From the NCBI GenBank assembly GCA_964016885.1, contig CAXHJY010000157.1:62001-126000 (forward strand): a stretch of DNA of 64,000 nucleotides. Direction: 5' to 3'. How positions within the stretch are numbered: the first letter of the stretch is position 1; every line of letters begins with the position of its first letter. The position numbers were made by a program, and so were the translations under genes. Of this stretch, positions 56,026-64,000 are shown one piece after another. Under the pieces are notes generated by a model that saw only the letters and a program-made list of their open reading frames with translations, did no database searches and was not told the DNA's origin. This stretch comes from Eledone cirrhosa (Eukaryota).

Positions 56026-58457
56026 CCATACAAATATATGTATTCTAACTACCAACGATACATAAAAAATAGACACATTTCAAGACTTCGATGTGATATC
56101 AATAATGTCTTAAATTTCCAGAATATCAAAATTTGTATGAGTTTCTCTATAATTTCCAATCTACAACAGACTAAGCTGCTATCTCTATGTAAACATATAT
56201 CTATCTCCCATTTAATGCCATGTTAAACTAGAGAATGGTACTGAAGCTGTACTTTATAAGATATCGATTTTGTAGCAGCAATAGTTTATGATATAAGATT
56301 TAGACTTTTGTTCTTTTTTTTCAGAATTATCTTGTAGACGTCCTTTTAGTAATTCAGCTGATACGACTGAGAGCAATAGAAGTTGAAACACACTATAAAG
56401 GAGTTGACAGAGAGCCACTTTAAAAATATACTTTCCTTTTCTAATTTGTATTGTTTATATTGTTATCCTTTTTGTCTTTATTTTTATTTCTAATTTTTTT
56501 TTTCTTTTTGTATCCTACGTTTAACAGTTTACCTATAACACGATACACGTAATGTAGATTTTTTTTTTTTTTTGTCATGTTGTTAATGTTTACAGTGATG
56601 AAATGTCTTTCCGAACTTCATGATCTGTTGTTAGTGTTTCCCGTGTTTTGAAACTAAAATTAATGTTTTTGTTTATACAATCGTGGTATCCATTGATGCT
56701 ACTGGTATGATCTTTGTTTTGACTTTTTGTGGGGTTGCTGTATTTGAATGTTAAAGTTGTTTTTACAAACGACAAAGTAGCTACGTTTCTTGCTACATTT
56801 CTCACTGCTCTTGCAGCCATTAGCAATATTGTGCTTTCTTCAAATTATTTCTTTAGTTAGTAATATATTTCTAATATATTCTTGTCATTTTTCTGTCGGT
56901 TGTGGTTGATGGTAGATCTTTTATTGTCTTACCATACTTTTTCTTGTCTCTGATTTCGTTATTTACAATTAGATTTTTTTCCTCCATTTGTATTCCAGCC
57001 TTCAAACATTTCACATTAATCTTATCTCTTCTTTAGGCAGAATAAAAAGAATTAAAACAATACTCCTCAGTGAAATACATTTGTATCTGATGGATCTGGC
57101 TTCTATTTCCTTCCTGAAAACTTTCTTTAGTCTGACTCCGATGTATTTGATCTTTATTTTATTTTGGTTTTAGTTTTGGTGAAGAAAACATTGTTTCAAA
57201 AATAATTGTATTTTCCTACTGTATCTACAGCAGGTTTCAGTTTACATAATGATTTCTGGGGTGTTTAGTTTTCAGAATTTTTGTAATGATAGTAGCTTTA
57301 AAATGTTCAAACACAGTTAAAAACATACATTAACTGGTTTTAGATTGTTTTTTTGTTTCTAATACTAAAGATTTCAATTCAGAATGTTAAGAAGAATGTA
57401 GATATGCTATGGTATTTAATATAGCTATAGCTGTCTTTTTACATTATAAGATGGATATATTTCAGAGTTTATTATCCATATAGATGTCTTGATTTCATAT
57501 GAATGTATAAAACCTATCATATTCTATAATACTTTGTCTATAATCTGGTGACTGTTTTCCAGATTATTTAGTTTACACTATGTCGTTCAAACTGAAACAC
57601 TACTAATATCATCATACAGTCTATTCTCTCAACATAAGACTAGACACTGGACACTGAACACTAGAGACTAAAGTTTAGATATTAAACATTAGATAGTCAA
57701 ACAGTAACATTGTAGTCCTACAAACAATACTATCAATACCATGTTAGACATATTCCAGCTGGTCGATCATTGGAAAAAGCCTTCTCATCAAATTAGCATG
57801 TAAGTGGGTGAAATTTTCGTAGACACGTATCCTCTTAACGTAAGTGTCATGTAGATTCGGTGTGACACAGTACAGCATGTGGCAGGGTTGGCCCTTTGAA
57901 TTTCAGATTCCAAACAGTTTCCGTCTACCCAACTTCATTCAAACCGAGGCTATGTAATTGTGTGGCACTGAACCAGGGACCTAAGGATTGAGAACCTCTT
58001 AAACATTCGGCCATGCTGCTTCGACGCTAGACATTAGACGATGAACAAAATTCCGTGATTTATGGCTACTTGTTATTGTTATCTGTTTGGATATCTTCCA
58101 AACTGAACTGACCATTAGATGTTTACGTTACGGTGCAATGTTATCAACTTATTTGAACTCTACCAGAAGAAATATTATGCTCTAAGGAAACTTATGAAAA
58201 CATATCATAATAATAGAAATGAGATGATGTACTTCTAGTAGTTACAAACCGTTTGAACAGACAGTTCTTAAGAATGATATCACAGTGTTAAGGAAATCAG
58301 AAGGTATTAGGTGAAATAGATATTGTTATCATGGATTGAAACCAATGAAGAAAGTGGATTGATCAATGAGTGCTGAATACCTATTACGTTGGGGACTACT
58401 CCCTATAGCATATATATATATTACGTATATATATATATATTATATATATATATATAA

Positions 58458-58549
<92 letters not shown>

Positions 58550-58555
58550 ACACAA

Positions 58556-58593
<38 letters not shown>

Positions 58594-59238
58594 GGATTCA
58601 TTCCTTTATCTCAAATTAGAATTCACCACCTAAGCGGGGGTTACCTCCCTTGGAGTAAACCACGTGTCTGTGGCGACATTTATAGCTACAACATACCCGC
58701 TCAGGCTAAGAACGAAAGACTTGCTGAAGAAGTAAATCCTATGTTCTGTCGTCAAAAAACATTATATTGCAGACTCCTGCAATAGGAATTTGTCGATCTT
58801 GTATTTGCAGGAACTTAACGCTGATGTTGGATGCTGTATGTGATGTATATTGTTGATATACGATGTAAGTTATATATTTTACACTCAGCCTCACCGCTAT
58901 GTCCGGGTCAGTATAACATCTTTTCCTGGGTCCTGTATTTTCGTTGCTCTAGTGATGCGGCTGGACTGCCGACCGCTATATCTGATTTGCTAAGCTGTCT
59001 GAACGTATTGTTATTACTCTGGGGGTCTTTCCTCATCTGAGTGCTCAAGCTACAGACCGATTATGCATATACGCTAGCTTGGCCGTATTCTAAAGCTTCG
59101 TCAATGCTGAACTAATATATATATATATATATATATATATACATTATATACGTAATATATGTATAGTGTATAGATATACATATACGTAATGTATGTATAA
59201 TTTATATATATATACATATCTACATATACGTAATGTAT

Positions 59239-59301
<63 letters not shown>

Positions 59302-59457
59302 TATATACACATATATATTTATATATATATATATACAGTATATACACATATATATTTATGAACAAATATGGCAATGCCTATATCAATATATCAATTATAG
59401 ATTATGATCACATGGTACAAGTTTACTCAACAGTAGGCATTCAAATATTAACAACTC

Positions 59458-59524
<67 letters not shown>

Positions 59525-59621
59525 GGTGGTGGTGGTGGTGGTGGTGGTGGTGGTGGTGGTGGTGGTGGTGGTGGTGGTGGTGGTAGTAGTGGTGGTGGTC
59601 GTGGTGGTGGTGGTGGTGGTG

Positions 59622-59674
<53 letters not shown>

Positions 59675-59722
59675 GGTGGTGGTGGTGGTGGTGGTGGTGG
59701 TGGTGGTGGTGGTGGTAGTAGT
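59458..59722. repeat. Compound (CAG)n(TAG)n(TGG)n trinucleotide tract
   Basis: Direct reading. Confidence 0.95.
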
Positions 59723-61018
59723 ATATTCTTATTTTGAAAGATTATATCGCTGCACTATCTTAGTTACGCGAACATCTCAGATATTAGGTTAGGTAGTCAC
59801 GTGATGTAACTCCAAGCAAGAAGAACAGATGTTTTACTTAGGATTTGCTGAATACTGCCAATAACCAGATGTTGTCATTGTTGATGTTTAACCTCGTGTC
59901 AGCCTTGATAGGACCTATATATGATCAATGGCTCCAACGCCATAACACGTCCATCTTGTTTTCGGCAACACCAATATTACGTCATCCAACGTATTATGTT
60001 TGAAAATGGGGGGGATTTTACAAGGATCTCTAGCATTTAACCAAGTCCACTATTTTGCAAGTATTCGGATTAGGTCTCCGGTTTCAGGAGAACTTCTATC
60101 CTTCAGGTATTCTCAGAGGCACTGAAAAGCGTCATAGGCATAACACGTCACTACATGGCAGTAAAACAAAACGTTCACTATTGTTATATTCATCTTTATT
60201 ATTCTGTCAAAGTTTTTCGTCACACCAATCTGTGACCTCATTAATGACTATCGATTTTTTTGTGTGCCTCTTCAGGTCACAGATTGATGTGACGAAAGGG
60301 CTTTGACAGAAGAATAAAGATAAAGGGAAAATTATATGGTGCGTGTGTTCAATTGGTAACATGACATTATCCCCAAATATAACAATAATGTTTTCAACAC
60401 ACGATTGCAAATCAAAATTCTTGCTGAACAAATACATAAACGTAAAACGTACAGTATTATATATTTTCCCTTTTAAAAATAACAGAGAGTAATTGAGGAC
60501 ACTTGGGTTGCTATTTCTAGCATACTGAGCGTGAATGCAAGGGTTTCCATCAATATTTCGAGGATTTTGAGAAATTAATAATTCATGTATCTTCCTATAT
60601 CTTATCTGTGTATTGAAGTGAAGTGAAGTGAAATTAACGTTTCCAATCTCCAAGCAAATCTGTAAGGATGTGTCAATTTACAAGAGCTTGTCTTATTTTA
60701 ATACAATGTTAACACATTTATTTATGAGCCTATTAAATCGGCAGATATGGCTGGGACAATGGCAGATTGAACTGAATAACTCACTATTTCTATATGAATA
60801 GTGTATTATACTGAGTTTGAAATTCCCCCGAGTTTCGTTTCGTTCTTCTGCAAATTCTCAGTTATGCCCTTATGCCGTCCAGGTATGATCAACGAGGTAT
60901 AAAGAATTTATATATATATTTCAAAGCTTATATATTCCTCTCGATCGACAATCTACAAAGCACAATAGGAAATGGCTGCGTGGATATAGAATATACAACT
61001 ATGGATGGGTAGGTACAC

Positions 61019-61160
<142 letters not shown>

Positions 61161-61701
61161 TATATTTCAGAAATAACATCTACCTAACCTTATATAATGT
61201 ATGGCTTCGGTCCTACTCCATTGAAATAAAGTTGAAAATGTTAGAAAGCTTCAATAATTTAGTCTCATTCACTGACATCAAAAGTAACATTGAATCAGGT
61301 TTATTTCATGGAAGATACAATAGTCAAGCTATATCAATTGGTTAAAAAAAGAAGGTTTGAATAATATGGAAGACAGAAATAACTGGGCTCACAAATATAT
61401 TTCAAACAGTCTATCTTGGAAATATAGCTTGATTGCATTTATAGATAAGATATCGGATGTTATATCGTAATAGCGTACTAAAAATCTATAGTTTTTATAC
61501 AATGGAAGAAGAGAGTTTTTTTTTTCTTTTGAGGGGTAAGAATGATGACCTCTGAAAAGTGATGAGTTCAACCATAAAATTGTAACCACGATAAACATAG
61601 TCATTCTCTCTCACTAGTTCTCCACCACTACCATGTTCACAATCTCTCTCTCCCTCTCTTCACTCCACTGCAATAAATACGTAACTCGCGTACACAGATA
61701 T

Positions 61702-61778
<77 letters not shown>

Positions 61779-61821
61779 CATACATTCATATATCTATATA
61801 TATATATATATACATATACAC

Positions 61822-61866
<45 letters not shown>

Positions 61867-61947
61867 CATACAATCATTCATATACATATATATATATATA
61901 CATATACACATATATATACACATACATACTTACATACATTCATATTC

Positions 61948-62071
<124 letters not shown>

Positions 62072-62124
62072 GCATATATACATACACACATACATATACA
62101 TACATACATATATACATATATATG

Positions 62125-62277
62125 TATCGGTTTAAATTTGAGCTGATGATCCGTCTAAGGTGAAACAAATTGTTCTCGGAAATGGTGAATTAACTGTTGT
62201 GGAACTACTTCTACTTAACTCGTCCCATGGACTGAGTGCTCTACTACTATAGATATAACCCTCCAGTGTTCTACTAT
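62125..62277 (+). mobile_element. Small HHR element (HHR 62137-62180)
   Basis: TTTGAG-CTGATGA-TCC GTCTAA GGT-GAAA-CAAATTG-TT/CTCGGA; homologous to 17385-17519. Confidence 0.75.
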
Positions 62278-62280
62278 ATA

Positions 62281-62390
62281 TAATTATTTCTACTTTAGGC
62301 ACAAGGCCAGCAATTACCAGTGCATTACTGGTACTTTATTTTATCGACCTCGTAAGGATGAAAGGCAAAGTCAACCTCGGCGGGATTTTA
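62281..62390 (-). mobile_element. 3' half of tRNA-derived SINE family 1
   Basis: Reverse complement of the core and tail. Confidence 0.8.
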
Positions 62391-62451
62391 TATATATAAT
62401 AAGAGGTTAACGGGACTAGCATAATGTTTCCCTGCTATACATACATATATT

Positions 62452-62488
<37 letters not shown>

Positions 62489-62545
62489 GTTTATCCCGGA
62501 TTCAATCGGGGGTAACCACAGTAAGTAAGGTACTCAATACAGAGC

Positions 62546-62910
62546 TTCCGTAGTGGAGATTTAATCCCAATATTTCGGACTCACGCCCATCAACGGGGGA
62601 AAGTTCCAAAAGGGGGGGGGGGGGGGAACAGGCTAAGCCGGAGAAAGTTGTATTGTCATTAAAACATAGGAATGCCGTTATGGGGAAAATTCAAACGAGA
62701 GAAAGAATGCGCGTGCGCGTGATAGGCTGTGGCAAAAGCTACTGACCAATTGGGTTAAATCAATAGGGTGCGCTAGCGTGTGAAAGCCGTAAAATATGTG
62801 TGTGTAAATATATATGTGTGTGTAACTGTGTGTGTATATGTGTATGTGTGTATGTATGTGAGTTGATGGGCGTGAGCCCGAAATATTGGGATTAAATCTC
62901 CACTACGGTA
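62546..62910. mobile_element. Element with about 48-bp inverted arms
   Basis: CCGTAGTGGAGATTTAATCCCAATATTTCGG..CCCATCAAC inverted at 62862-62908. Confidence 0.7.
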
Positions 62911-63074
62911 ACCCTTCTACCTTTGTTTTGTTTTCCTTTTTCGTTTCTCTCAATTTTCACTTTTCTCCTATTTCTCACTCACTTCCTACCTCGAGATTTC
63001 CCCTCTGCATTGTTGTGGCTTTCTAAACTACATATTTTACATATTTCACAATGCTTCAAGCAAACTTTAACACC

Positions 63075-63122
<48 letters not shown>

Positions 63123-63546
63123 AGTGGAAGGTTAGTAAAATCGACGTTATGGCAGTCGGCCAATATCCGGTTTTGCATGAAGCACTCAATAAGAATGTAT
63201 CGATAAATCGATAGGTTACACCTTAGAGTAAGAAATATACGTTAAAAAACATGACAAATTGAAAACTGTGGTTAGGGGACATAGCCACAGAAGGCACCAC
63301 AACAACGAAAATACAATTAAGTTAAATATATATATAAAGACATTTTTTCCAATTGCAACCTGCCCGTCCCCTCAATCTATCTTATTTCTCATCCTTTCTT
63401 CTGATGAAGGACTATTTCTGATGAAGGACTATTTCTGATGAAGGACTATTTCTCATTCTATCTTCTGATTAAGCGTTAACCTAATATATTCCTTCCGATT
63501 GTGTTGTTATTTCTGTTTACCCTTTACACACACACACACACGCACG

Positions 63547-63637
<91 letters not shown>

Positions 63638-63747
63638 ATATGTGGCTTGCGGACGATGGAAAAGAGTAGTACCCAATGCCGAATATCCAAATGATCCTGT
63701 GAGTGTGTAGATGAAACTCCAAAGTAACAAGTCCCACGACTTAGCCA

Positions 63748-63793
<46 letters not shown>

Positions 63794-63798
63794 CTATA

Positions 63799-63867
<69 letters not shown>

Positions 63868-64000
63868 GAGTGTGTGTGGGTGGTTGGGTGTGTATATGTG
63901 TGTCTGTATTAATAAACGAAGAAGGGATCTGCGTAGTCACTTATCATGCTAGACAAAGCAAGGAAAGGTCGCTTAAGTCACTTTTTAACATTTTACAAAG

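Noticed and set aside
56300-57000. Possible very old PLE endonuclease remnant (minus strand)
   Set aside because: Motifs too decayed to assign by eye; a translated profile search is needed
59193-59792. Poly-Val 199-aa ORF
   Set aside because: GTA/GTG trinucleotide tract
62546-62610. Hammerhead (GGGC-GTGA-GYCC-GAAA)
   Set aside because: 5' core and NUH triplet cannot be assigned; at best a decayed relic

Overview
AT-rich, microsatellite-saturated eukaryotic DNA with no recognisable host gene. The SINE types, very high (TA)n/(CA)n/(GA)n load and TTAGGG repeats suggest an animal, most likely an octopus/cephalopod (inference). Almost all ORF-track entries are microsatellite translations. The real coding remnants are retroelements: several Penelope-like elements (PLEs; RT and/or GIY-YIG), two R4/Dong-like RLE LINEs, RTE and RNase-H LINE 3' ends. 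Non-coding mobile elements include tRNA-derived SINEs and non-autonomous Helitron-like elements. Reading both strands by eye gives about 33 type-I hammerhead ribozyme (HHR) motifs from many families, mostly in PLE terminal repeats or in small fold-back insertions between (TA)n tracts. Highlights: (1) a near-perfect 310-bp HHR tandem array with an inverted end (retrozyme-like); (2) a PLE whose 5' leader is amplified seven times, each copy starting within 4 nt of the predicted HHR cut and separated by variable-length telomeric (TTAGGG)n tracts; (3) family-wide non-canonical HHR cores (U3-A8, U4A, U4C, U.U base of stem II). All structures were assigned by eye, not computed.
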